A stretch of DNA of 64,000 nucleotides, taken from NCBI GenBank assembly GCA_033648345.1, contig GCA_033648345.1_4121.1, one strand, 5' to 3'. The stretch is from a phage. Made by a program: the position numbers and the translations under genes. The notes beneath the pieces were generated by a model. The model saw nothing but the letters and a program-made list of their open reading frames with translations. It did not search any database and had not been told where the DNA came from. Below are positions 11,394 to 21,448 of the stretch, one piece after another. Positions within the stretch are counted from its first letter, which is position 1, and every line of letters begins with the position of its first letter.

Positions 11394-11960
11394 ATGGATG
11401 ATTTAGATTATACAGATAATGCAGTCCAGCAGTTGTATGATAACAGCGGTATGCTAGATATACTTCTGGCTGTTGAAAAATATTTTGATGATAATGATTT
11501 GTACGCATATCATGGTATCATCGAAGGTGAACTCGTTGAAGGTCCGATTGTTAGTAAGTACTGGTGTACTGTGACATTCAAATACTATCGTGAGAATTTC
11601 CCTGATCCTACTGCATTCTCAATTCTTGAGAAGCACGGGACTAAGGTATATGTGAAAGCAGATTATGAAATTACACCTATTCAAGATCCTAACCGTCAGG
11701 CTGATATGAAGAGTGTGGCAACGCAATCTGGTTCTGTTCGTATTCCAAAAAATGAACGAATTCCAGTTCTATTGGTTCGTGTACAAATTCCTAGAAACCT
11801 AATCAACCCTGAAAGTTTTGATGAATACAAACTAATGGCTTCCGAGTTCAATAGTAATCCTATGAATGCACAAGAACCATCAGATGAGCCAATTACTGGT
11901 GAAGATGTTGATTTAGATGTAGAAGTATCTGATGATGTACAACAAGGTGGTATGCAATGA
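11394..11960 (+). CDS. hypothetical protein
   Basis: 188-aa ORF; coupled (ATGA overlap) to next gene. Confidence 0.5.
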   Translation: MDDLDYTDNAVQQLYDNSGMLDILLAVEKYFDDNDLYAYHGIIEGELVEGPIVSKYWCTVTFKYYRENFPDPTAFSILEKHGTKVYVKADYEITPIQDPNRQADMKSVATQSGSVRIPKNERIPVLLVRVQIPRNLINPESFDEYKLMASEFNSNPMNAQEPSDEPITGEDVDLDVEVSDDVQQGGMQ

Positions 11961-12637
11961 AAAAGAAACTAAATGAACAAGGTTTACGTCCACAAGTACT
12001 AAAGGATTTGATTCATCCTATTATTAGTGTAGATGAATATACTCCTAAGATTGAAGATAGTAATATCGTTGTTATGTTTCAAGTACTAAACAACTTTGAT
12101 GCTGCATATGACCTGTCATCTTTTATTGAGAAGTCTCCAATTGATGCAGTTGATACTGAAGCTGCTGAAACACCTAACCTGGATGGTCGTTATCAGGTAT
12201 TCGTTGAAATGGAACGTGATGCGGAATTTCCAGAAAACCTACTTCGTCTTATCAAAACTATTGAAAACATTTGCCCAAATCCTGGCTGGAAGATTCAGCT
12301 TTATGGTGTGAATGATCCGATTGATGTTGATTTTGATGAAATTCAACAACGTATCGATTTGGGTATTCCTAAATCCATCAGTGAATTTTTAGACTTTGCT
12401 GGTGTATCTGTTGTTAAAGAAGGTCACATGCTTGCACTAAACACTGCATATGGTAAACTACATTACAGTACTGGTAGTGGCTTTGTGTCAGAAGCATACG
12501 TAAAACAGCTTCTATCGAACGATACGCAGGTAGATACATCTCGCTTAAGTTCGGTACTAGGTGAAAGTTATAGCGTCCTACGTAGCGGTAATCAGTATGT
12601 AGTAGGTAAAGATGGGAAGTATTTGGTGTTACGATGA
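11957..12637 (+). CDS. hypothetical protein
   Basis: 226-aa ORF. Confidence 0.5.
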   Translation: MKKKLNEQGLRPQVLKDLIHPIISVDEYTPKIEDSNIVVMFQVLNNFDAAYDLSSFIEKSPIDAVDTEAAETPNLDGRYQVFVEMERDAEFPENLLRLIKTIENICPNPGWKIQLYGVNDPIDVDFDEIQQRIDLGIPKSISEFLDFAGVSVVKEGHMLALNTAYGKLHYSTGSGFVSEAYVKQLLSNDTQVDTSRLSSVLGESYSVLRSGNQYVVGKDGKYLVLR

Positions 12638-13452
12638 GAATTTTAAACATGCTTAAATCTCTCCATGAGACTACCAAACTTCACCAAGACGACAAGTATC
12701 ATCGTAGTACAACTAAAGATTTGGCATGTAGAATGTATATGAGACGATTCGAAATTTCTCGAATCGGTAAAGGATGGGACGATATCAAACGTGAAGATAT
12801 CGACCCTGATGCGGTATTCAAAGCATACATGGCACGAAAAGTTTTTATCAATGAGAAAACTTTTTATATTGACAGCGATAAAGAACTTGAAGTAAAATTT
12901 ACGAAAGGCTTGTGGAAGATTTGGTGCTTAGAGACGTTCGGTGAAGTTTTACCAGAGCCACCAGTACCAGAAACTTACAAAGATCTAAAAGCTATATTTG
13001 ACAATGAACATATACATACAAATTACTCACTATATGAAACTGTTTCCGAAGCGGTATTTTATGGAGAGTTGAACGGTCATAACAAGTACTTTGATAGTAT
13101 GGTGAGTTTTGATTTATTCTGTCATCTCCCTGGTATCTCTAGTTGGACATGTGACCAGCATCGAGCTAGTAAGGTAGACAAGCGTAAGTTCTCTGCTCAA
13201 CGCTTTATGCAAGCTGCTATGGGTATGTACAAATTGGATTATCTTGGGTGTCCAGAACCATATAAACATTTTTGGAAAGAACGTGCACAAAAGTGCATGA
13301 ACTATTGTATAATTCGTTTAATGGATTCATACATTTTAAAATTCAGAAATGCAACTGTGTATGATATGCCGGAACCACCAAAGAATGAAAAGTACCCACC
13401 AGTAAAAACATTTGTGTGGTACAAGGACAAGAGTAACAAAAGGATGCACTAA
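12634..13452 (+). CDS. hypothetical protein
   Basis: 272-aa ORF, ATGA-coupled to upstream gene. Confidence 0.5.
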   Translation: MRILNMLKSLHETTKLHQDDKYHRSTTKDLACRMYMRRFEISRIGKGWDDIKREDIDPDAVFKAYMARKVFINEKTFYIDSDKELEVKFTKGLWKIWCLETFGEVLPEPPVPETYKDLKAIFDNEHIHTNYSLYETVSEAVFYGELNGHNKYFDSMVSFDLFCHLPGISSWTCDQHRASKVDKRKFSAQRFMQAAMGMYKLDYLGCPEPYKHFWKERAQKCMNYCIIRLMDSYILKFRNATVYDMPEPPKNEKYPPVKTFVWYKDKSNKRMH

Positions 13453-13468
13453 GGTGCGTCCTTTTTTC
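13441..13468 (+). terminator. rho-independent terminator
   Basis: aggatgcac-taag-gtgcgtcct hairpin then TTTTTT. Confidence 0.6.
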
Positions 13469-13482
13469 TTTTAAAAAATGGT

Positions 13483-13511
13483 TTGACAAATACATCGTCA
13501 GTATGTAGAAT
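13483..13511 (+). promoter_or_regulatory. sigma70-like early promoter
   Basis: TTGACA, 17-nt spacer, TAGAAT. Confidence 0.6.
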
Positions 13512-13551
13512 GTACGTATCGTATCAATTTTAATTAATTAAGAGGTCAGTA

Positions 13552-14679
13552 ATGAAAGGAAAATATTTTTTCATTGACAACGGCAAAGAAGTTGAAATCA
13601 AAGAATTTAACTTCAACTACGTTCTTAACTCACTGTTAAAACAGTATGACCGTTCATCGAATCGAAAATATATGTATACAATTGTTGTGGACAGAACATA
13701 CGATTCACTGGGAAATCCACATTTCGACACACGTTCACTTTCACTTGACGAGATCTATTTTGATAATCGCCGTTTGAAGGTAATGGATTTGATGAAAGAT
13801 AAAATTCATTTCTCAAATGTGAGAATCGTTCCAGATCTCCCAATTCCTCCGTTAGAGAAGGAGTACCGAGACTGGAAGGAAGGTAAACTTCGTCCAAACA
13901 TGGCAGCAGTAGCTACTTCACCAGAAGTTCCGGCTCCTATTGTTCTTAAGAAGAAACCTATCGATCCTGAATGTGATATGGTTGCTGACATTGAACGTTG
14001 GATGGAATTCCCAGATACAATTAAAAAAGATTCGGTAAAAGTACTGGATTGGTATGTTAACCTCCCAGTATGTGCACAAGAAGTTGGTATGAAGATTCAG
14101 AAGATCTCTGAGCGACAATTGGATTTGAACGCAGCACTACAACAACACAGTGATTATATCCGTTTATTAATGGGTAACCTTACAACAGCACTGGAAAAGT
14201 TATTCCCGTTGAAGCCTACCTTTGCACAGAAGTTGTTTGGGAAAGCAGATATCAAAGTTCAACCATCTGATTTACCAAAAGTAATGAAAGCATTGAATGA
14301 GGCCGTGAAGTACGATACTAACAAGTTTAGTGGTATTACGTCTTTATTCACTGAAATTCGTGATGAAGTTCGTGAAATCAAAAATGAACTTGAGTATGGT
14401 AAGATTGGGTGTGAATATGCAATTCGTCGTTTGGAAGATCCATTTGAATATGAACTAACGCTTGAACGTATTATGAAAATGGGTATTTCAACAGCAATGA
14501 CTGAAACTAGTATTGTTGGTGTTAGTAAGCAGTATCAGATTGATATGAGCCGAATGATTGATATTCAAACTATCACTATCCCATTGATTATAGGTCGTTT
14601 ACAAGCTCAAACTGGTAAAGCAGTCGATGAAGATACTGCCAATATCATTCGCAACCTAGCGTATGGAAATAAAGAGTAA
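13552..14679 (+). CDS. hypothetical protein
   Basis: 375-aa ORF downstream of promoter. Confidence 0.5.
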   Translation: MKGKYFFIDNGKEVEIKEFNFNYVLNSLLKQYDRSSNRKYMYTIVVDRTYDSLGNPHFDTRSLSLDEIYFDNRRLKVMDLMKDKIHFSNVRIVPDLPIPPLEKEYRDWKEGKLRPNMAAVATSPEVPAPIVLKKKPIDPECDMVADIERWMEFPDTIKKDSVKVLDWYVNLPVCAQEVGMKIQKISERQLDLNAALQQHSDYIRLLMGNLTTALEKLFPLKPTFAQKLFGKADIKVQPSDLPKVMKALNEAVKYDTNKFSGITSLFTEIRDEVREIKNELEYGKIGCEYAIRRLEDPFEYELTLERIMKMGISTAMTETSIVGVSKQYQIDMSRMIDIQTITIPLIIGRLQAQTGKAVDEDTANIIRNLAYGNKE

Positions 14680-14686
14680 AAAGTAG

Positions 14687-14715
14687 TTGACAGTACTGAG
14701 TGTTGCCTGTAGAAT
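14687..14715 (+). promoter_or_regulatory. sigma70-like early promoter
   Basis: TTGACA, 17-nt spacer gtactgagtgttgcctg, TAGAAT. Confidence 0.6.
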
Positions 14716-14761
14716 GTTTATCACTGAGCAACACTATCTTAAATTAACTGAGGAATACACA

Positions 14762-15904
14762 ATGTCCGAGAAAGAAATCAATCCGAAAAAAGCAACAGTT
14801 AAACAAGCCAAAGCAACCAAAACTGCCAAACGTACTACCAAAACAGCAGCACACACAATTGACGCAACTGATATCTTCGAACAACAGTCCAAGTCACTTC
14901 CAGTACTGAAAGATACTAAAGGCAACAGTATGGCGTTAACTGTGCAGAATATTAATACCATCGGAACCACTGCTGGGGCAGGTGTAGGACGTTTGGCTGA
15001 TGAAATCATGTCAAAAGTTAACGTCACTGATGATAATACTGAATTCGGTAAGTCTATTACTACTATCTTGACATTGACTCGTGCAGTTGATATTGATAGT
15101 CTACAGGATGATAAATCAATCGTAGGCTGGGTCAAAAAACTTTTTGTTAATGCTAAACAGAAAGTTGGCGATCAGTACAAAAACAGTAAAGAACAAATTG
15201 ATGAAATCATGAACACTCTTCAGGTTGGTATTAACCGCCAGCATGGGGAATGTGCATGGCTAGACACTGCTTACAACGAAAACAAAAACTATCTCTTTGA
15301 ACTGCGTGATACGTTAGTTGAGTTGGAAGAAGTTACCAAAGCACAAGATGCTGAATTGGTAGCAATGCAAGCGAACCCTGACGTTGATTCTTTTGCAATC
15401 CAGGAGCAAAAGATGATTTGTGAAGCTCTTTCTAAACAGGAAGATAAGATTCGTCGTCTTATCATGATGTGTGAACTGAGCGGTCCTCGCCTGATGAGTA
15501 TGAAGAAAGTAAACCTCAACACTGTTTCTAAGTTTGAGGATTTGAAATCAGTTGTTATTCCAGCATGGAAATCACAATTGGCTGAACAGTTGATTTCCGA
15601 ACGTCAACGTAAAGACAATGAGTTGGGTAATCTGATTGACAATGAAACTAACCGTTTACTCGAAGTAAACTCTAAAATGGTAGCAACTAACATGTTGGAT
15701 GCTGCTAAGGCAAATAATCGTGGTATCGTGGATATTAAAACATTGCGTAATGTACACAAAACAATGATTGATAGCATCGAAGCAGTACTGATTGAAGAGA
15801 AGAAAGGTAAAGAAGAGCGTGAGCGAGCTAAGATTGAAATCGCAAAACTCTCTCATGAACTTGAAGATACTCTTCGTGAAATTGCTGAAAAAGCTAACAA
15901 GTAA
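14762..15904 (+). CDS. hypothetical protein, predicted alpha-helical/coiled-coil
   Basis: Start set at ATG after GAGGAA RBS (ORF-track start 14687 lies inside the promoter); 380 aa, K/E-rich repeats. Confidence 0.5.
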   Translation: MSEKEINPKKATVKQAKATKTAKRTTKTAAHTIDATDIFEQQSKSLPVLKDTKGNSMALTVQNINTIGTTAGAGVGRLADEIMSKVNVTDDNTEFGKSITTILTLTRAVDIDSLQDDKSIVGWVKKLFVNAKQKVGDQYKNSKEQIDEIMNTLQVGINRQHGECAWLDTAYNENKNYLFELRDTLVELEEVTKAQDAELVAMQANPDVDSFAIQEQKMICEALSKQEDKIRRLIMMCELSGPRLMSMKKVNLNTVSKFEDLKSVVIPAWKSQLAEQLISERQRKDNELGNLIDNETNRLLEVNSKMVATNMLDAAKANNRGIVDIKTLRNVHKTMIDSIEAVLIEEKKGKEERERAKIEIAKLSHELEDTLREIAEKANK

Positions 15905-15907
15905 TAG

Positions 15908-15936
15908 TTGACACAAGAGTGCGTTTTCAATATAAT
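15908..15936 (+). promoter_or_regulatory. sigma70-like early promoter
   Basis: TTGACA, 17 nt, TATAAT. Confidence 0.55.
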
Positions 15937-15962
15937 GTTCTTATTGAAACGCACTCTTTTTT
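15916..15962 (+). terminator. rho-independent terminator whose loop contains the -10 box of the overlapping promoter
   Basis: agagtgcgttttcaa ... ttgaaacgcactct inverted repeat followed by TTTTTT. Confidence 0.5.
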
Positions 15963-15985
15963 AATATACGGATAAGGAACGAAAT

Positions 15986-16675
15986 ATGAAACGTCGTCAT
16001 GTTAGTGTTGATATTGAAGCTCTTGGAACTCCTGAAAACTCTGGTTATGATATTATTATTCCAAATTATGCAGCAGTAGTTGTTCCAAGTAAACCTGAAC
16101 ATGATATCAGACAATTTGTATATGTTAAGTTACCATACCAAGCACAAGTCAACGCTGGGCTGAAATCAGATGCAGGTGCAATGGATTTCTGGATGAATAC
16201 ATGTCAGAAGGAATATCCTAATGCATATGCTGAAGTTGCCAGTACTATGGCACTTGTTGCACCAGAATTGTACGGTCCTAATGGTAAATCCAAACAAATC
16301 TTTACTTCTAATGGTATTGTCGATTTCTGGAAAGATATCCGTTTTGATTGTTATGGTAACGAGGTTGAACATTCAATTTGGGGAAATGGCTGCAACTTCG
16401 ACTGTAGTATTTTACAAGCTAATCACTTAAAACTATTGAATGTTGGTGATTTGTGGAAATATGATGCTCCTGAAAACGCACGAACCCTGAAGCGTTTATT
16501 GAATGAAGAAGCTCGTACCGAAATGGATGAGATTGTGTCAGTGCAGTTAGCTAAATTCGTGAAGTATGTAGAAAAATGTGGTATTAATGGTTTGGAATTA
16601 CATCACCCTCTGTATGATGCAGCACGTGAAGCTATCCAAATCTCCTATTGTCTCAATAAACTTAAACTGGACTAA
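15986..16675 (+). CDS. dexA: DEDDh 3'-5' exonuclease (T4 DexA-like)
   Basis: Exo motifs VSVDIEALG, GNGCNFDCSIL, HHPLYDAAREA. Confidence 0.6.
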   Translation: MKRRHVSVDIEALGTPENSGYDIIIPNYAAVVVPSKPEHDIRQFVYVKLPYQAQVNAGLKSDAGAMDFWMNTCQKEYPNAYAEVASTMALVAPELYGPNGKSKQIFTSNGIVDFWKDIRFDCYGNEVEHSIWGNGCNFDCSILQANHLKLLNVGDLWKYDAPENARTLKRLLNEEARTEMDEIVSVQLAKFVKYVEKCGINGLELHHPLYDAAREAIQISYCLNKLKLD

Positions 16676-16678
16676 TAC

Positions 16679-17773
16679 ATGAATTTTATTATTCTGTTGA
16701 TTCCTTCACTTATCGTTGTATTTGTTATGAAATACATGTATGATAAGCATATCAGTACTAAAGAACTGTTGATTCATATTGGTTGTTGTATAGTTGGTGC
16801 TGCTCTTGTGCTTGGTATCTCATATGCAATCAACTACAGCCAATTGTACGATGTAGAGATTCTAAATGGGCAGGTAACATCCAAATATAATCACAAGGAG
16901 TTTTGTACACAATCAAGCTCATGTAAGCATTACACGTGGCACGAGAAATGCAGAACTCGTTATGATAGTAAGGGGAAATCCCATCGTGAATGTGAGTCCT
17001 ATAAGGTATTTGATTATTCATACGAAGTTGACTGGTATGTAAAAAGTACTGTAGGGAAGTTTGAGATTGAGCGAGTAAACCGCCAGGGTACAATGACCCC
17101 TCCACGCTGGCAACAGGTTAACATTGGGGATTATGCCGCCGCAGAAAGTTCTTATATTAACTATCTGTTCGCTGATAAAAACTCATTGTTTAGTCCTGGT
17201 GAATTACATGAAATGTATGATGAGAAATATCTTAGTACTTTGCCAGAATACCCAAGTGTGGTAGACTATTATAAAACACACCACGTAATCAACACTACTA
17301 ATTATAATGTAGATGGTTATGATGAGTATCTGCGTGAAGAACTAAAAACTATGGGTGCACGTAAACAAGTCAACATCCAAGTTTTGGTTTATGATTATAA
17401 AAACGTAGATTTTGTTGAGGCAACACTCGCTTCGTGGCGTGGTGGTAAGAAGAATGATGTTATTATGTTCTTTGGAATTGATAATGATGGGAAGATTGTT
17501 AAATTTGATAGCACTTCCTTTGCACAAGGCATGAAGAACGAAGAACTACATGCTAAGATGCGAATGGATGCATTAAATGAAAAATTAACTCTTGACTTGT
17601 TGAGAAAAGAAGTGCATAATATTGACACAAAGTTTGAAAGACTCTCTAATAAAGAGTTCGAGTACTTGTCTGTAAAAATGGAACCACGTAAAGATGTTCT
17701 CATCGGTGCTTCTATTTTATTACTGATTGTATCTATTTTCATTGGCCTTTATATGAGGGATAACAAGTTATGA
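16679..17773 (+). CDS. membrane protein with N- and C-terminal TM helices and Cys-rich central region; candidate LemA partner
   Basis: Hydrophobic N-terminus and C-terminus; ATGA-coupled to downstream LemA-like gene. Confidence 0.45.
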   Translation: MNFIILLIPSLIVVFVMKYMYDKHISTKELLIHIGCCIVGAALVLGISYAINYSQLYDVEILNGQVTSKYNHKEFCTQSSSCKHYTWHEKCRTRYDSKGKSHRECESYKVFDYSYEVDWYVKSTVGKFEIERVNRQGTMTPPRWQQVNIGDYAAAESSYINYLFADKNSLFSPGELHEMYDEKYLSTLPEYPSVVDYYKTHHVINTTNYNVDGYDEYLREELKTMGARKQVNIQVLVYDYKNVDFVEATLASWRGGKKNDVIMFFGIDNDGKIVKFDSTSFAQGMKNEELHAKMRMDALNEKLTLDLLRKEVHNIDTKFERLSNKEFEYLSVKMEPRKDVLIGASILLLIVSIFIGLYMRDNKL

Positions 17774-18324
17774 ATGGTAAAATTATTGCATTGATTGGTG
17801 TTGTTGTTGTATTCGGTCTTATGGCAATTGGTTCAGTTAGTATGTATGTAGATGCACATGACCGTGCTGTTGAATTTGAAGGTAATATTAAAAAGTACTA
17901 TGATGCATCAGAAAGTCAACTAAGTAAATACACTCTTGTCATTCAAGAAAAAGTACAAGTTTCTGATAAGTATAAGGATGCATTAAAAGAAACCATCGAA
18001 ACATACTTTAAAGGTCGTGAAGGTGTTGACCAGAAGTTTGTGATGTCACAGATTCAACAACAGGTTCCTAATCTCGATCCTAAGATTTATCAAGAACTTA
18101 TGGTAACTATCGAGTCAGGACGTACACAGTTCAACAATCTTCAGAAAATGAAAATTGACCAGTGTACTGATTATGCTAAGTTCCGTAAAGGTTTCTGGAA
18201 CTCCAAAATTCTTGATACTAACACATTCCCAAGTGAAAATATTGAACATTTATGTACAGTAGTTTCTGATACACGCACCAAGAAAGCAATGGATACTGGT
18301 ATCCAAGAAGTAATTAAACTATAA
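17770..18324 (+). CDS. LemA-family membrane protein
   Basis: N-terminal TM helix plus spacing of conserved blocks (..DRAVEFEGNIKKYYD.., ..LDPKIYQELMVTIESGRTQFNN..) resembling LemA. Confidence 0.5.
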   Translation: MNGKIIALIGVVVVFGLMAIGSVSMYVDAHDRAVEFEGNIKKYYDASESQLSKYTLVIQEKVQVSDKYKDALKETIETYFKGREGVDQKFVMSQIQQQVPNLDPKIYQELMVTIESGRTQFNNLQKMKIDQCTDYAKFRKGFWNSKILDTNTFPSENIEHLCTVVSDTRTKKAMDTGIQEVIKL

Positions 18325-18333
18325 TCTAAATCT

Positions 18334-18357
18334 GGGAGTACATTGTACTCCCATTTT
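18334..18357 (+). terminator. rho-independent terminator
   Basis: gggagtac-att-gtactccc hairpin then ATTTTC. Confidence 0.6.
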
Positions 18358-18371
18358 CTATAGGATTTATT

Positions 18372-18959
18372 ATGTTTTTAAAAAATACTTATGAATTAAT
18401 TAAAATGCTTCAAAATATGAATTTCGGTGGTCTATTCCCGTATCACTCTGAGGATAAAACTCATCGTTTAGTTTTGAAATTGGATGAAACTGGGCGTATT
18501 GCATCACTAAGAACGGCTGTTCCAAATATAGATCAAGTAATTATGCCAACAACTCCGAATTCAGGAACTGCTGTTAATACACCACAAACATATAACTCAA
18601 ACTACCAACACCCACAGATGTATACGATTAGTACTCCATCTATTACAAGAGTTGCTTGTATTGTTACTATAAAAGTATCAAAAGACTATCGTGATTTAAT
18701 ATCAGTTGAATGGTCGGAACTAACATCAGCATTTGCAAACAATGGGCTTGTTGTAACAAATTCTGGTATAGCAGTCAATGCAAAAGAAGGACAACAGATA
18801 ATGAGTGCGTTGTATCTTAGCAATGGTTATGTTATCATTAATGGGAAGTTATATTGTAACACCGAACCAGAAGCACTCACTGAAGATTTGATTAGTGAAA
18901 AAGAATATAGTCTTCTTGAAATTATGAATTTAAAAAAGGTATATGAAAACTGTGATTAG
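18372..18959 (+). CDS. hypothetical protein
   Basis: 195-aa ORF. Confidence 0.45.
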   Translation: MFLKNTYELIKMLQNMNFGGLFPYHSEDKTHRLVLKLDETGRIASLRTAVPNIDQVIMPTTPNSGTAVNTPQTYNSNYQHPQMYTISTPSITRVACIVTIKVSKDYRDLISVEWSELTSAFANNGLVVTNSGIAVNAKEGQQIMSALYLSNGYVIINGKLYCNTEPEALTEDLISEKEYSLLEIMNLKKVYENCD

Positions 18960-19527
18960 ATTTGATCAAGACGATTTACCATTTATCCAAGAACTAGAAG
19001 AACTAGTTACGGTAACGATGCAGGAAATTAGTTCATGGGATATAACAGTTTTTAGGAACGTATATGATAAAATCACAAACTTTAAAACTGTTAATATTGA
19101 GGTAAAACACAATAACTTTTACTTAACAAAAGAATTCATTCTAAAAAGACCAGGAACGATCCAACCGAAACGTAGTTTGTCTTTTGCTCAAGTTCTCGGT
19201 GCTAAGACAAGGGATGATGATGATTTGAATGAATCAATATATTCGTATATTAAAGAGCGTTCTCCTGATGTTAAGAAGAGATATTACCTTTGTGTTACAT
19301 TTGATGAACAAGGAAAACTAAATGCGTATTCTATAAATTCATCAGCACACGTCCCATTACATTCAACGTCAATTGGTGATAAACAATTACTAATCGATTC
19401 ATCAACATGGCATAATAGGGAAAATTTTGCCACTGAAACTTTTCAGTACTCGGTATCTGAACCAAAGTCTCCATTTGATTTTGTGTTTGTTAATAACATC
19501 CTTTTACGTTTTGGTGTAGGAGTCTAA
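18943..19527 (+). CDS. hypothetical protein
   Basis: 194-aa ORF. Confidence 0.45.
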   Translation: MKTVIRFDQDDLPFIQELEELVTVTMQEISSWDITVFRNVYDKITNFKTVNIEVKHNNFYLTKEFILKRPGTIQPKRSLSFAQVLGAKTRDDDDLNESIYSYIKERSPDVKKRYYLCVTFDEQGKLNAYSINSSAHVPLHSTSIGDKQLLIDSSTWHNRENFATETFQYSVSEPKSPFDFVFVNNILLRFGVGV

Positions 19528-19529
19528 AT

Positions 19530-19883
19530 ATGCTAATTTATTTGAGTGTTCTTGTTATTTCATTACTGGTATCATTAGCAGTACTGAAAGTTGTTGCCAT
19601 CGGTCGTAGTAAAATGGATAGTACTGAAACCAGTTCTGTGTTGGACCTAATTATGGATCATCCAAAGATCTGTACTGGGATTGTTGTGTTTGTTCTTCTT
19701 ATAGGAACATTCATTGTACGTACACATTTATACAATATGTATGACTGTAGTGTTCGTTCAATTTCTCAGGGTGTTGAAACAGACTATAGCTGGTACTATG
19801 AGAAATGTCGCTTCAAAAACCAGCATGGTATTTGGGTTGATTTTGATAAACTGCGTGGTACACCATCTGGTGAAGAAGAGTAA
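19530..19883 (+). CDS. hypothetical membrane protein
   Basis: 117 aa, two hydrophobic segments. Confidence 0.45.
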   Translation: MLIYLSVLVISLLVSLAVLKVVAIGRSKMDSTETSSVLDLIMDHPKICTGIVVFVLLIGTFIVRTHLYNMYDCSVRSISQGVETDYSWYYEKCRFKNQHGIWVDFDKLRGTPSGEEE

Positions 19884-19885
19884 TT

Positions 19886-20377
19886 ATGTTTGAATTTCCT
19901 GAAGAGTCATTTAACTATATTGACCCTACTGATGACGGATACAGACACATTAATATCTATAGTAAAGCTAAAACTAAGTTAGGTAGGGATCTATCTAACT
20001 TTTCGTCACATAGTTTTACCTTAGAACCATACGGTTGGTTCCCATCGGTAGAAACTTTTTATTTTTGGTTTTTAACAGGCCAGAAACATGATGATCTTAG
20101 AAAAGTGTCGGGTGCTGCTGCAAAAGCAGCGGCGAACAAGTATATGCACGACCGTATTGAAATGACACCCGAATGCATTTCTTGTATCCAGGATGCAATA
20201 TGTGCTAAGATATTTCAAAACCCAGAACTTGCTGAACGATTGAGGAAAAGTAAGTTACCCTTCTATCATTACTATGTTTATGGTGGGAAGGTGGTTGATG
20301 TATCTGATGAACATGACTGGTTTGTTAAAACATTCGAAGATATAAGAATTGTTTTGAAGGAGAACCACAATGAGTAA
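19886..20377 (+). CDS. putative NADAR/YbiA-like (DUF1768) protein
   Basis: HINIYSKAKTKLGRDLSNFS...GWFPSVETFYFWF resembles YbiA signature (FYS..FSNF..WPTSEHYFQA). Confidence 0.4.
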   Translation: MFEFPEESFNYIDPTDDGYRHINIYSKAKTKLGRDLSNFSSHSFTLEPYGWFPSVETFYFWFLTGQKHDDLRKVSGAAAKAAANKYMHDRIEMTPECISCIQDAICAKIFQNPELAERLRKSKLPFYHYYVYGGKVVDVSDEHDWFVKTFEDIRIVLKENHNE

Positions 20378-20648
20378 ATGTTGGGTATGTTGTAAGCAAT
20401 TCGATGAAGATTATATTATTTCTTTGGATGTATTACCACAACAATACATGATATCTTCAGGGAAATATAAACTAGATACAGTTCCAACACCTAAGTATAT
20501 GGGGATTTGTCCATTGTGTAATGGGAATGGTGTATCGAATGAAGTTGTTGCATTCACAAATACACAAACTACTGATTGTGTCGCCGAATATATAAGAAAG
20601 AATCTGGCTTTTTTCACTAGGAGATTATATGAACGAGAGAATCTTTAA
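20370..20648 (+). CDS. hypothetical zinc-ribbon protein
   Basis: CWVCC ... CPLCNGNG. Confidence 0.4.
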   Translation: MSKCWVCCKQFDEDYIISLDVLPQQYMISSGKYKLDTVPTPKYMGICPLCNGNGVSNEVVAFTNTQTTDCVAEYIRKNLAFFTRRLYERENL

Positions 20649-20865
20649 TTCATATGATATGGAAGATTTACTAATACCATCTGATAACAGTACTGTTAAA
20701 ATGCAAATGTATTGGTTAGTAAAAGATGGAAAGGTATTCCAGCACAAAGTTACAAAAGTATGGCAATGTAATAAAAACAAATCTATAGTTGATGCACTCG
20801 CAACTGCATATCCTGGGGTAGAGGTTGTATTTTTACCATTTGCCTACATTAAGGAAATAAAATGA
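20629..20865 (+). CDS. hypothetical protein
   Basis: 78-aa ORF. Confidence 0.35.
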   Translation: MNERIFNSYDMEDLLIPSDNSTVKMQMYWLVKDGKVFQHKVTKVWQCNKNKSIVDALATAYPGVEVVFLPFAYIKEIK

Positions 20866-21025
20866 AAAAAACATGGACAATATTCGTAATACCTACTATA
20901 ATGTTGTTATTGTCACTTACGGTCCCGCAAGGGCATGTTGTGGCACTGAATGTAGTAGAAATTATTCTTCTTGTAATTCACTGCATTGTATGTTACTATT
21001 ATGTAAAATCGGATGATAAAAAAAT

Positions 21026-21448
21026 ATGAAGTACTATCGAATTCGAGTTGGTGTAAGCTCTGGTTTTAGTAATTGGGTATATTATGATTTACCTGATAGC
21101 TATACAGTAGAAGATGTAATTGACTTATATTATGAAGAAGAGTCATGGGTATCCAGTACTGAAACGCACAGTGTTGTGTGTGAAGAACTGAGTGCAGAAG
21201 ATTACAAGCACTGTACCCAAGCAATGAAGTATTACAGTAAAGATGTGAAGATGTTATCTGAAAACGTTTTTCCTGTAAAAGAATGGGCAATTTTGCTTGC
21301 AAATCCTAACAAACCTGTTAGAATAGGTTATCCAAACAATCATATGGTTTATCGAATGAATGATAAACGTGAGCTAAGTTATCAGTATGATTACAGTGCT
21401 TCTAAGTTTGGAGTTCTAAAACAATTTATGAAGGCTTATCCAGTATGA
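21026..21448 (+). CDS. hypothetical protein
   Basis: 140-aa ORF. Confidence 0.45.
   Translation: MKYYRIRVGVSSGFSNWVYYDLPDSYTVEDVIDLYYEEESWVSSTETHSVVCEELSAEDYKHCTQAMKYYSKDVKMLSENVFPVKEWAILLANPNKPVRIGYPNNHMVYRMNDKRELSYQYDYSASKFGVLKQFMKAYPV

Noticed and set aside
14687-14761. Upstream extension of ORF 14687..15904
   Set aside because: The extension begins inside the TTGACA -35 box of the promoter; the ATG at 14762 has a GAGGAA RBS.
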